Assembly: GCA_951406725.2 (NCBI GenBank)
Contig: OX597832.1
Location: 40,672,001-40,736,000 of the forward strand
DNA: 64,000 nucleotides
Direction: 5' to 3'
Origin: Octopus vulgaris
Taxonomy: Eukaryota
Made by a program: the position numbers and the translations under genes. Under the pieces are notes generated by a model, which saw only the letters and a program-made list of their open reading frames with translations, was not told the origin of the DNA and did no database searches. Shown here piece by piece: positions 52,806 to 64,000 of this stretch. Position 1 is the first letter of the stretch. Every line of letters begins with the position of its first letter.

Positions 52806-53181
52806 TCTATGTATGCATACATGTATACATATGCATGAATACATGCATATACACATGTATGCATGCATACATACATGTATACACACATACACACTACACC
52901 TACCACCACTTGACAACAACGCTGATTTGTTAATGCACCTATAGCTCAGTGTTTCAGCAAAAGAGGCCAATATCATATGCCCTGGACTTTAAAAAAAAAA
53001 TATTACTGGGGTTAATTTGTTCACCTAAACCCTCCAAGGTGGTTCCCCAGCATGGCCTCAGCCCAATGACTGAAGCAAGTAAAACAATAAGAGCTAAGAT
53101 ATGTTACACAGGTTCTGATTGATCTGCTTATAATCTGATAAGTAACAGATTATTATATAAAGAGTGGGGTATTGAATAGAC

Positions 53182-53498
53182 CAGTCCCCTGCAACAGGTA
53201 TGCTGTGGCACGCTGGTGGGCTAGGTGTCCCGCAGTGTAAGCTGGATGTAATTTTCTCCCCTATACTTTTACTTAAGTTAATTTTTTGGCTCAAAAAGCA
53301 AAAAGAAAAGGCCATGTAGGGGGACATGGAGTTATGTACATGGAGGGTGTTCATGCAAAAAGTTCAGGCCATTTCTGGTCAAGAGAGACTTTGAACCGAG
53401 CGGTCATCGGCATACTTATATTTTTAGTTTGGGTGTGCCACCAAATTTTGAAAAGAATATAAGTGTACCCTAAGTGAAAAAAAGGTTGTGGAACACTG
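53182..53498. mobile_element. hAT-type MITE (317 bp)
   Basis: CAGT...ACTG termini and a perfect 8-bp TSD gaatagac (53174-53181 and 53499-53506). Confidence 0.85.
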
Positions 53499-54532
53499 GA
53501 ATAGACTGGGAGTGAAGAATTCTCAGACTTCATGTTAACAAGTTCAAAATACTGTTGCTTGTCTAAAATTACTGAACAATGTTAATTAGGCACCACATTA
53601 ATAGTTAATTAACAGTATGGTATTTGTCTGAAAGCAGCACCAACAGTATTTTGTGTTGTTTAAACTGTTTCAATATACTGTGATTGTTTAAACTCTTGGC
53701 TGTCGCCTTCACTGTAATTATTGTTTGTCACCAACACCATTGCCACTTCCTCCACCACCACCACCACCACCACCACCACTATACTACCACCAGCACCACT
53801 GCAACCACTGTCATCATTATCAGTTCCTAAATCTTTCCTAAACCCACACTTTACCATTATGAAAAAAAAAAAAAGGGACACATTAAGTAATGTAGTCTGA
53901 GATAAACAGTTCCTGAAAATTGTGATTGGGTTGTCATAGTTTGGATGCCTCTGACCATAGGTTTGGTTTGCTTGATCAGCACTGACTTGGAGCCAAACAA
54001 CATCCTCATTGTAGGCCCACCCCACTTCTACTGCTCAACTCGGCTGAAAGACTGTATGTGATTGCTCAGCTTGCTGGAAACAGCAGCCATATCTCCTCTA
54101 AACCTCATCTCACCATTTAAAAATGGGGCATAAATTGGATAATATGGTCACAAGTAAAAGGCATGATGGTCATGGCTGGAATGCCTTTGCTCAGTCATGA
54201 GGCTAAATTACCATGAGGCCAAATTACAACACTTGTCTGTGTTACCATTTTGATCTCTACACTAGGAAGCCGTTCTTGCTTTTGGAATAACTTGTCTGCT
54301 CTGCTTGAATTATAGCACTATTAATTAATTAAATATTAATGAGCAGCTGCTCCATCTGGCCACACTTTAGTCTGTTATGGAATCATATTGTACAGTGTAT
54401 AGAATGTTGCATCAATTTCTCTGTACTGATCCCTCTTTGAATGATTGCTGGTTTTGGTTCTGGACACCTCTTCATAGTATCAATTTATGAGGTATTACAA
54501 ATTGAATGACCCTTACAAGGACATGGAATGAT

Positions 54533-54747
54533 ATTCTCTTTTACTTGTTTCAGTCATTTGACTGCGGCCATGCTGGAGCACTGCCTTTAATCGAGCAACT
54601 CGACCCCGGGACTTATTCTTTTGTAAGCCCAGTACTTATTCTATCGGTCTCTTTTGCCGAACCACTAAGTAACGGGGATATAAACACATCAGCATCGGTT
54701 GTGAAGCAATGCTAGGGGGACAAACACAGACACACAAACACACACGC

Positions 54748-54780
<33 letters not shown>

Positions 54781-54946
54781 TACGACGGGCTTCTTTCAGT
54801 TTCCGTCTACCAAATCCACTCACAAGGCTTTGGTCAGCCCGAGGCTATAGTAGAAGACACTTGCCCAAGGTGCCACGCAGTGGGACTGAACCCGGAACAA
54901 TGTGGTTGGTAAGCAAGCTACTTACCACACAGCCACTCCTGCGCCT
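54533..54946 (-). mobile_element. SINE family A, full-length
   Basis: Consensus-like copy. Confidence 0.9.
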
Positions 54947-55546
54947 GGTGACAGAATATGAACTTTGGACTCTTTGGATGGCAGGCCAACATCCTAATGC
55001 TTCTGCTAACAAGTCATGCTGAATGAAAGGCCACTGCAGCGAGATTGTTATTGTCTTTAAGTGTTGCTAAAATTAGAGCATATTCTTCAATAATGGTTAC
55101 AGGCAGTGAGGGAATTGATTCTGCTGTTAAATATCTTGATTACTCTTGAAGTATTGGTTCCTTCCACCACCAGTTTTAATGATCTGTCCAGTTCTGCTGC
55201 ATTGCAGTTGTGTATAATCTGTTGGAATGTGATGGCTGTGAGTTAGCATCCTGGCAACCAGATGCATGCTACTGGTTTCTATCAAACCAGCCAGGAAACT
55301 TCTACATAGTTACATGACCTGCTAGAAACATCAGCCAAATAGCTCTCAAATCACAGCTTACGGTCTTAAAAAGGTAAGGAACATTAGAAATCATGAGCCT
55401 AGGGCTGCAGTTACCTTGCTGACAAATAAACTCCATAGGGAAATACAGTTCACCATACTGCTTACAGGTACTATTAGTAGGTACAGTCTACCTGTCAATT
55501 GATACCATCTGTGGGTACACTTTTGCTGTCAGTAGATACCATAGAG

Positions 55547-55765
55547 CAGTGGTTTTCAACCAGGGTTCCACGGAACCTTAGGGTTCCGCCAGTACAGTCC
55601 AGGGGTTCCGCAAGAAGTTACAAAACTGCTAAAATCGGCAGTAATTTTTAAGTCTCCTCTGCAGATATGTGTGCATAAGACTATTAAATTATTGCACAGG
55701 GGTTCCTCGAGCCAGTGGAATGTTTCCTTGGGGTTCCGCTCCAGCAAAAAGTTTGAAAAGCACTG
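55547..55765. mobile_element. hAT (Charlie-like) MITE (219 bp)
   Basis: TIR cagtggttttcaa/ttgaaaagcactg. 8-bp TSD ccatagag/ccacagag with one mismatch. Confidence 0.88.
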
Positions 55766-56219
55766 CCACAGAGATTGTAGGAACATACACGAACCGGCAT
55801 TGGCTGTTAGTTTCTGTCTATCAAATCCACTCACAAAGTATTGGTTGGCTCAGTACTTTAGCAGAAGAAACTTGCCTAAGGTGCCATGCAGTGGGACTGT
55901 TTTGTTTGTATAATTACAATTATTTTTGCATATAATTAAAATGAGGACAGAAACAGGTGTGCTGCTGTGAAAGGGATACATAGCTCTTCTCTCAGGCTGG
56001 GTAGCCTTCTATCTCTTTTATAGCAGCACACCTGTTTCATTCTTGATTATTCTCTCTCTCTCTCTCTCTCTGGCTGGTTAATCATGTACCTCCTCTACAG
56101 CACGACACCTGTTTCTGCCTCTCTATTTCTCTGTCACATTCAAACCATTCATCATCTGACATAAGATCACCTCCTCTCCTCTCAAAGCATCTTCATCTTG
56201 CAAATTACTTGGTGACCCT

Positions 56220-56623
56220 GCTAGTGCTGGCGCCACGTAAAAGGCATCCATTCCACACTGTAAAGTAGTTGGCATTTGGAAGGGCATCCAGCTATAAAAA
56301 TCATACCAAAATAAACCTCACCTGTGCTAGTGCCACATAAAAAGCACTGAGTCCACTCTGCAGAGTGGTTGGCATTTGGAAGGGCACCCAGCTGTGAAAA
56401 CCATGCCAAAACTGACCTCGCTTGTGCTGGTGCCACATAAAAAAGCACTCTGTCCACTCTTCTGGGTGGTTGGCATTAGGAAGGGCATCTGGCCATAAAA
56501 ACCATGCCAAAACAGACACAGAAGTCTGATGCAGTCTCCTGCCTGGCCAGCTCCTGTCAAACTGTCCAACCCATGCCAGCATGGAAGGCAGACGTTAAAC
56601 AATGATGATGATGATGATGATGA
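56220..56623 (+). mobile_element. SINE family C-related element with three ~100-bp internal repeats and a (GAT)n tail
   Basis: Repeated gtgctggtgccacataaaaagcac...gtggttggcatt.ggaagggca units. Confidence 0.75.
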
Positions 56624-57145
56624 TTAGTTTTTTTTAGCCATCATGACTATGGCCATGCTGGAATGCCACATCCAGTTAGAAAGAGCAGAAAAAATATTTT
56701 TACAAAACCATAAAAAGAGAATAATTTAGTGTATAATATTGATTATTGTTGAATAAACGTTTGTTGATTGTTGTTGTTTAAAAATGCCTCAGTTATAAAG
56801 TTATTAGACAATTAAGCTTATCAGTGAAATCGTTATATTAAGGAGTAAATGTATTGTTATTAGTACTTAAAGAATTTTTGTAGTCGGGTTGACTATTCCC
56901 AGTGTTTTATGTTAGTGTGACACCAATAATGTACTGAAAGAATGTGTTAAATGAACCTTATGGTATTTTTTAGCTTGTGTACCAATTATAATAATCTTTC
57001 TGGTAACATAATACTAGGTAATTAGTTAATAAATAAAGATAATTGCTTTATTCATTTACTTACTTAATCTTTCATTCAAACAGTGTTGAATGAAACTAGA
57101 GAGAGAAAGGGAAGGAGAGAGAGAGAATGAGAGAGAGAGAAGAAA

Positions 57146-57181
<36 letters not shown>

Positions 57182-57984
57182 TAGAGGCATTAGCGAGTCA
57201 TAGTGTTAGGATGTTGTTGGTCTGCTGCAGTCTAAAGTTTTGGCAGTTTCTCTCCTGTCACCAAACTTTCTCTGTCTCCATAGAAAAGACACATTGGCCT
57301 AGCCTAGTTTGGTTACTCCTCAGTTACTAAGTACAATGGTAAGTTACAGCTTACTATAGTAAAAGTGTGGGCACTATGAATGATGAACATCATCATCATC
57401 ATCATCATCATAGCTGTCATCATCATCACCACTGTCATCATCACCACCACCAACACCCAAGTTTAGTATCCAATTTTTTTAAAACTCATACAGTGGTGGA
57501 CAGGTTTGCTGTATGATAAATCACCTTTCATCTCAATACTGTGTGGCCTTTTCTCTGGAATTAGGACATTTTGAGATCTGATCATACCACTTTCTCCCTT
57601 GTATTCCTTGAACTTCCAACTGCTATAGTTAACCATTCTCCACTGGTAACACATGATACATTTTCACCCGTCAACGACTCTTATTGTACAAGTGACCTCT
57701 TCTGCACAATCAGCTGATCTCTTTAATGTCAAAGTCTTCTCTCAATTCATATGAATGTTGCACATTTAATGTATTGCACCAAACTAATTTGTCTCCAACC
57801 TCTGCTGGTTCTCCTCATTCAATGTCTCAATACCAGCAGCAGTAGCAATAACAACAACAACAGCAACAACAACCCTTCCTCTTTGCTTTCGCTTCATACT
57901 GTGTCGAAGTTTTACATGCAAAAGAAATGAGAAACCTTATGTTGATAGCTGTTTGGTTCACCATATGAAGGAGCTTAGTATTTT

Positions 57985-58567
57985 GGGTCACCTTGTGACA
58001 TAACTTGGGTCACTTTTGTTGTTCAGTAACCCAGATGACTTTTGTGACACAGCTCAGAGTCCAGGTCACTTTGTGACAAAACTCAACAGTATATATAACT
58101 TTTGTAACAGAGTTCAGTAGCTCAAATCACTTTTGTGATGCAGCTCAGCAGCCCAGATGACTTTTGTGACACAGCTCAGCAGCCCAGGTCACTTTTGTAA
58201 CACAGCTCAGCAGTTCAAATCACTTTTGTGGTGCAGCTCAGCAGCCTAGGTCACTTTGTGACACAGCTCAGCTCAGATCACTTTCGTAACACAGCTCAGC
58301 AGCTCAGATCACTTTTGTGACGCAGCTCATCAGCCTGGGTCACTTTGTGACGCAGCTCAGCAGCTCAGATCACTTTTGTGACACAGCTCATCAGCCTGGG
58401 TCACTTTGTGACACAGCTCAGCAGCCCAGATGACTTTTGTGACACAGCTCAGCAGCCCAGATGACTTTTGTGACACAGCTCAGCAGCCCAGATGACTTTT
58501 GTGACACAGCTCAGCAGCCTAGATCACTTTTGTGACACAGCTCATCAGCCTGGGTCACTTTGTGATA
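57985..58567. repeat. 30-31-bp minisatellite, ~19 units
   Basis: Unit gatgacttttgtgacacagctcagcagccca and variants. Confidence 0.95.
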
Positions 58568-59928
58568 CAAGTCAGCAACCACATAGCACAAATTAGCAAT
58601 GCAGGTTATGGTCAGCTGACTGAGTCATCCTTTTATCGTAGGTGTCAGTCTTTGACAGCCAGTGGCCGTAGTAGCAGGTAATCCAACTAATTTTATGATC
58701 AAAACCAACAGCTTCAGTTTCTCCATAAATAATGTGGAGAGCTGTCAGGGATTCTGGTTTTGAAAAAAAAAAAATTTTTTTTTTTAAATCTCTCTTAAGC
58801 AGTTTTTATTAAAAAGTGATGACAGAAGGAATAATTGGTTGGTTGAATAATAATGCAAGATAATACAATATCATTTATTGTTTTAAGAATTTCAAATGAA
58901 CTAATAATAACCATTTGGTGAAGCTACGATAAATTGGAATGTTTGTAAATGTGATGTAAGCTGTTTCAAATGGAAAAGTTTAGCCTTGAAACTACTCTTG
59001 ATTCATTATTATACATCCCACATAATTTTGCATCTGTTTTGTCATTATGGTATATAAATCAGTCTCTCAGACTAGCATTTCTTTTACTCTTCTTACCTGT
59101 TATCTTTCGTGTCAATTAACCACAGACTGTGCTAAGGTAAGTATTAACTACATCATCAAATCTCAGGGATTTTTGTTGTTATCGTTGAACTCTGGGATCT
59201 TTAGATTCTCTTGTGTCAAATGGCAATCGTTTTTCAGGATGGTTGTGGTAGCGATGGTGATGATGTTCCTTTAACAGTGGTTTGGTTTCAAAATGTATAA
59301 AAAAAAACAACTTTCTTCTCGACTGTAATATGACGATAATTGAAAGTGACAAGAGAAAGGAGTGCATGTTTGATTAAAGCGTATATAATCTAAAGTGATG
59401 TATGTAGTGAGTGATGATAGCATGCTGTGTGGTCTGTTATTGATTTAGTGATCTGGAGGTGTGAAGCTGAAGAAATATATATCCAGATGAAATGGCAAGA
59501 AAGAAAACACATCCAAGTTTCTCAATGTTTTTTTTATTTTTTTGTATTATTATTGATAGCATGTAACCCCAGCAGATAATATATTAAACTGTTGTGGGTG
59601 GAAAATTGTGTAGGAGGTCTACAGCTATTTTGAAGCAAAAACGTGTGTGTGTGTGTGTGTAGCAGTTTGCATCAGTTTTTCCATGATTGCATGATTGAGA
59701 TACATTATGTTGGAGCAACTGTTTTTAGGGAGTGGACCTTGTTTTATATTGTCAAGGGAAACTGAAGGTAGCAGGGTTCCCTACATACCTTGGTCGGGGG
59801 AGTACAACATAGCATGATAGAAAACAACATCATGTGGTCAGCAATTCGACCTTAACTTTATAATCATTTCTCTCACTCTCTCTCTCTCTCTCTCTTTCAA
59901 ACATACACACATAATTTATATGTGTATG

Positions 59929-59964
<36 letters not shown>

Positions 59965-60276
59965 TGTACACACACACACAACCATTTGTATGCTATTTCT
60001 TCGTATTAGTAAGAATAGTAACAGTATAGTTTCATCATCCACGTGCGATGGTTACCATATTTACCTATGAAGCAAGGAAGGTATGATTCAATTATTATTT
60101 TTCATTCTTGAATTGTTGCTTACAAACATTTACTGTTTTATTGACACAAAACACTCATATTAGCTTGTACTGGATTTCAGCCACTTATGAACATGTTTGC
60201 TGAAATATAAAACTTTAATGTAGCAAAGCTATATATCAGTGTGTGTTTGGATATCTATATCTGTCTGCCTGCCTTC

Positions 60277-60309
<33 letters not shown>

Positions 60310-60419
60310 ATGTGTGTATGTATGTATGTATGTATGTATGTATGAATGTATGTATGTATGTATGTATGTATGTATCAATCAATCAATCAATCAATCAGTC
60401 AATCAATCAATCATGTCAT

Positions 60420-60715
60420 CGCCTTGGTGAGGCCCAACGTTTGAAGGTCGTACTTCACCACCTCATCCCAAGTTTTCCTGGGTCTACCTCTTCCACAGGT
60501 TCCCTCTACTGCTAGAGTGTGATACTTTTTCACACAGCTGTCCTCATCCATATGCAACACATGACATTACCAGTGCAGTTGTCTCTCTTGCACACCACAT
60601 CTGATGCTTCTTATGTCTCTTTTCCGATGCTTCTTTTCTTTCAGGGCGCTTACACTCTGTCATGTATGCACACTGACATTACACATCCAGCAGAGCATAC
60701 TAGCTTCATTCCTTG
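60420..60715 (-). mobile_element. RTE LINE 3' fragment
   Basis: Reverse strand ...LHW*CHVLHMDEDSCVK...EGTCGRGRPRKTWDEVV, same family as the 20010 fragment. Confidence 0.75.
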
Positions 60716-62771
60716 CCCAGAAAATTCTCTGTTCTTTGCCTGTGAGGAACCTAGCAGAATTTCCTCTCCACCTTACTTCTTGGATGCAGCACAAATCTAC
60801 ACGTCTCCGTTCAAGCATCTCAACAATCTTACCAGACCTATTTTCTGTGTGCCAACCCTGAGGGTGTGAGAGGTGTGGGCCTTCGAGACCCTAGGATGGG
60901 GGACAGCAGCGTCATGTACCTCAAAAGAAAGCTTGCATTTGGCATATATATATATAACAGGTTTCTTTCAGTCTCCGTCTGCAAAAATCCACTCACGAGG
61001 CTTTGGTCAGCTTCAGACTATAGTAGAAGACACTTGCCCAAGGTGTCATGCGGTGGGACTGAACCTGGAACCATGTGGTTGGACAGTAAACTTCTTACTA
61101 CACAACCATGTCTGCACCTAAAAATTTCTTCATCAATCTCTGTTCTTGTCAATGGTATCATTGCCATAAATAAACTGTAGCCTTCTGTTGGATGCAGGAT
61201 AGGATGCCCTACCCCCGCCTTTTCAAGATTTCAACGACAAAATGTTGCTTCTACTTGGAACCCATTCTTTGCATGCAATGAAGTAAAGGATAGGAAGAAA
61301 AGTTATTATATAGGAAAACTTACTTTATGGACATGTGCAATTTGAACCACCAGTGTCAATGAATAAGTCCTCATTTGCATTACTTTTGGTACACCACTTG
61401 TGTGTGCGTGTAATGTAATACACACACACACACACACACACAAAGGAAAATGAGTCTTGTCAAACTGTCTCACCCATGCTGGCATGGAAAGCAAGGTAAA
61501 ATAATGATAATGATATCTATCTATCTATCTGTCTGTCTGCCATATATATGATATAGTGTAATGTGTGTGTTTGTGTGCACTTTGGTCTAGACATCATGTT
61601 TTGATTGTAAATGAGCATCATCATTGCAGGCAAGGTTGTTTGTTTCCAGTCTTCCATGAAAAACTTGTCTGGGAAAGTATTAACTTGCTTGGAAACAGGT
61701 GAGGGTTGGCAACTGGAAGGGTATCTGTCTCTTAAAATGATGATGCTGATGATATATATATATATAAATGTATATCTCTCTCTCTCTACATATATATATG
61801 TTATATGTATGTATATATTACATTATATGATATACTTACATGTGTGTATGTGTGTGTGTGAATGAGAGAGATAGAGAAGGAGAGAAAGTTTGAAATGATA
61901 TATGCAGTACATTGAGCTGTGATATCACTGAAGACTTTGTTTCTGTATGGTGTGCCAAGAAAAAAAAACTGGCCTGATGCAACCCACCCACGCATAAAGT
62001 ATTGACTATCGTAGAGCACAAATGCAAGAGGCATATGTGGTACAGCATGCAATGGCTCCAACTAGAATCTGAAATGGCTCCAACTAGAATCGGATTTTAT
62101 TTGCCAAGTGGTTCTGCCTGAACACAGAGACATAAAAAACATCTATGCAAACACATACATGTACATAATATGTGCAAGGAAATAGATAATTATTTAAAGT
62201 TGTTGCAGTTACTAAATCTATATCTATATCTGTATGTATATATGTGTATATATATGTGTGTGTGTATATATATATACATACATATATATATATATATATA
62301 TTTCAGGGTCGATAGATTAAGTATCAGTTACGCACTGGGGGTCGATGTAATCGACTTAATACCTATGTCTGTCCTTGTTTGTCCCCTCTGTGTTTAGCCC
62401 CTTGTGGGCAATAAAGAAATAGGTATTCATTTGCGATATTCTATGCCAGTGTATCTGGTTATACAGAAGTATTACCTTGTTTGGATATGGGTAAGGGTTG
62501 GCTACAGGAAAAGCATCCAGAGGTACAAAATCTACCTCAATGAACTTCAGCTGCTTATGCAAGCATGAAAAAGTAGACATTAAGTGATTATGACGCTGAT
62601 AACAATGATAAATGTTTTTTTAAAAAAAAAAGGGATCTCTTATTTTAACCTTTAAAAAGATGATGAAATATGTTGAAGTGAATATCTATTTTATTCCATT
62701 TAAGAAAAAATGTAGAAAGAAAATGTTTTTCAATAATCTGATATTTCTTTCTGTTTCTTCTCTGTTCCCAG

Positions 62772-62819
62772 ACTGCCATTAAAGAAGGTTATTTGATGAA
62801 ACATACGAGCACTTTTCAG
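62772..62819 (+). CDS. DGKH: Type II DGK exon 2 (48 nt, TAIKEGYLMKHTSTFQ), start of the PH domain
   Basis: Long polypyrimidine tract ending ...ctgttcccag|, donor CAG|GTAAAT. Phase 0 at both ends, so in frame with exon 1. Peptide closely matches TSIKEGQLLKQTSSFQ of DGKH (from memory). Too short to appear in the ORF track. Confidence 0.88.
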
Positions 62820-62992
62820 GTAAATTTACTTTGTATTTTTTCGCATTCACATTTTGTTTTCTTAAACCTCTTTTTCTTGTTTTGCTGCTTTCACTGATTC
62901 CCATGACTCTCTGTTGCCATCCAATTCCATTATTATGAATTTGAACTGGAAGCTTGAGTCTCAGTGAATTTTTCATGAACCAATCACACAAC

Positions 62993-63230
62993 TTATTTCT
63001 TTACTACCCACGAGGGGCTAAACACAGAGGGGACAAACAAGGATAGACAAACGGATTAAGCCGATTACATCGACCACAGTGCGTAACTGGTACTTAATTT
63101 ATCGACCCCGAAAGGATGGATGAAAGGCAAAGTTGACCTCGGCAGAATTTGAACTCAGAACGTAACGGCAGACGAAATACGGCTACGCATTTCGCCCGGC
63201 GTGCTAACGTTTCTGCCAGCTCGCCGCCTG
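62993..63230 (-). mobile_element. SINE family B, full-length, young
   Basis: 10-bp TSD atcacacaac (62983-62992 and 63231-63240). Confidence 0.92.
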
Positions 63231-63433
63231 ATCACACAACCATGGACACCAACCCTATGGGTGTGTTGCAGTTGCTCTCTTAACAGAACTTGGTGATCCT
63301 GACTATTGATCTTCTAGGATTTCTCCACTCAGCATCAATGTAAGAATCACTATTGGATCAGTTGAGTTCTTCCACCACCTCTTTACAATCCACCATGCTG
63401 CATTCCCATGGCTTTGCCATGTACTTAGTAGAG

Positions 63434-63700
63434 TCATCATCATTGTTCGACCGTGGTCGAGACAATGGAATTTACTATGTTACGCCGGACTTCACGGTCC
63501 ATCATAGCATTACAGAGGTCCTGTTGCTGGATGCCTGTATCACTGGAGATTACATCAGGGTAGGAGAGTGTGCACCCTCTGGTATCGCGAGCAGATGGCT
63601 TCCAGAGAAGAAGAGTAGAAATTACCTCGTTTTCAGCTCTGCAACAATGTCCTGCAAACTGGATTCTACCTTTCACAAGAGATGATACAGGTGGTAATTT
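63434..63700 (-). mobile_element. RTE/RTE-X-like LINE 3' end
   Basis: RIQFAGHCCRAENEVISTLLLWKP...NAMMDREVRRNIV followed by a (GAT)n tail. Confidence 0.75.
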
Positions 63701-64000
63701 CCTGTACAGGTGATAATTTTCCTGTAGGGTGGCTGAACAGGTGCTTTACCTTGCTAAAGGGCAGCCTGTAACTATGCAGTTCCTAGTTGTCACTCCATGA
63801 GGTATACCCAGACACCCATCTTAAAATCTCTACTAAATGTTTCAAAGCACCAAATTGGCAGTGTTGTTAGTGTTGGATAGAACACCTCATGACATTTTTG
63901 CCTGATTTTCTGCTCAAATCCCATTGAAGTCAGCTTTACCTTTCTTTAGGGGGTGATTAAAACAAAGCAAAAAAAAGAACAAAAAAGGTGCCAGTCCAGG

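Noticed and set aside
57985-58567. CRISPR-like array (also 24185-24580 and 1981-2097)
   Set aside because: Contiguous tandem units without unique spacers, no cas genes, animal genome context.

Overview
Eukaryotic, AT-rich, repeat-saturated DNA. The SINE families and microsatellite load look like a coleoid cephalopod, probably Octopus (inference from repeat content). One host gene is supported: the 5' end of a type II diacylglycerol kinase (DGK eta/delta-like) on the + strand. Coding exon 1 is at 11428-11610, followed by a ~51 kb intron and a 48-nt exon at 62772-62819 that starts the PH domain. The rest is three abundant SINE families, fossil LINEs (CR1-like, RTE, R4-like, HERO-like), a Gypsy integrase/LTR remnant, mariner fossils, hAT MITEs with 8-bp TSDs, non-autonomous Helitrons, minisatellites and long microsatellites. 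Most ORF-track entries are artefacts of these repeats. The most unusual signal is a set of hammerhead ribozyme (HHR) motifs. One lies in a ~196-nt, highly structured, TSD-flanked retrozyme-like insertion inside a mariner fossil (6106-6301). Three others sit in 'hairpin + HHR' modules that are probably Penelope-derived, and one of these is sense-oriented inside the DGK intron. Also notable are a LINE/SINE shared 3' tail with compensatory stem changes and inverted SINEs bracketing the DGK microexon. All calls are by eye, with no database searches or folding runs, and repeat boundaries are approximate unless TSDs are quoted.
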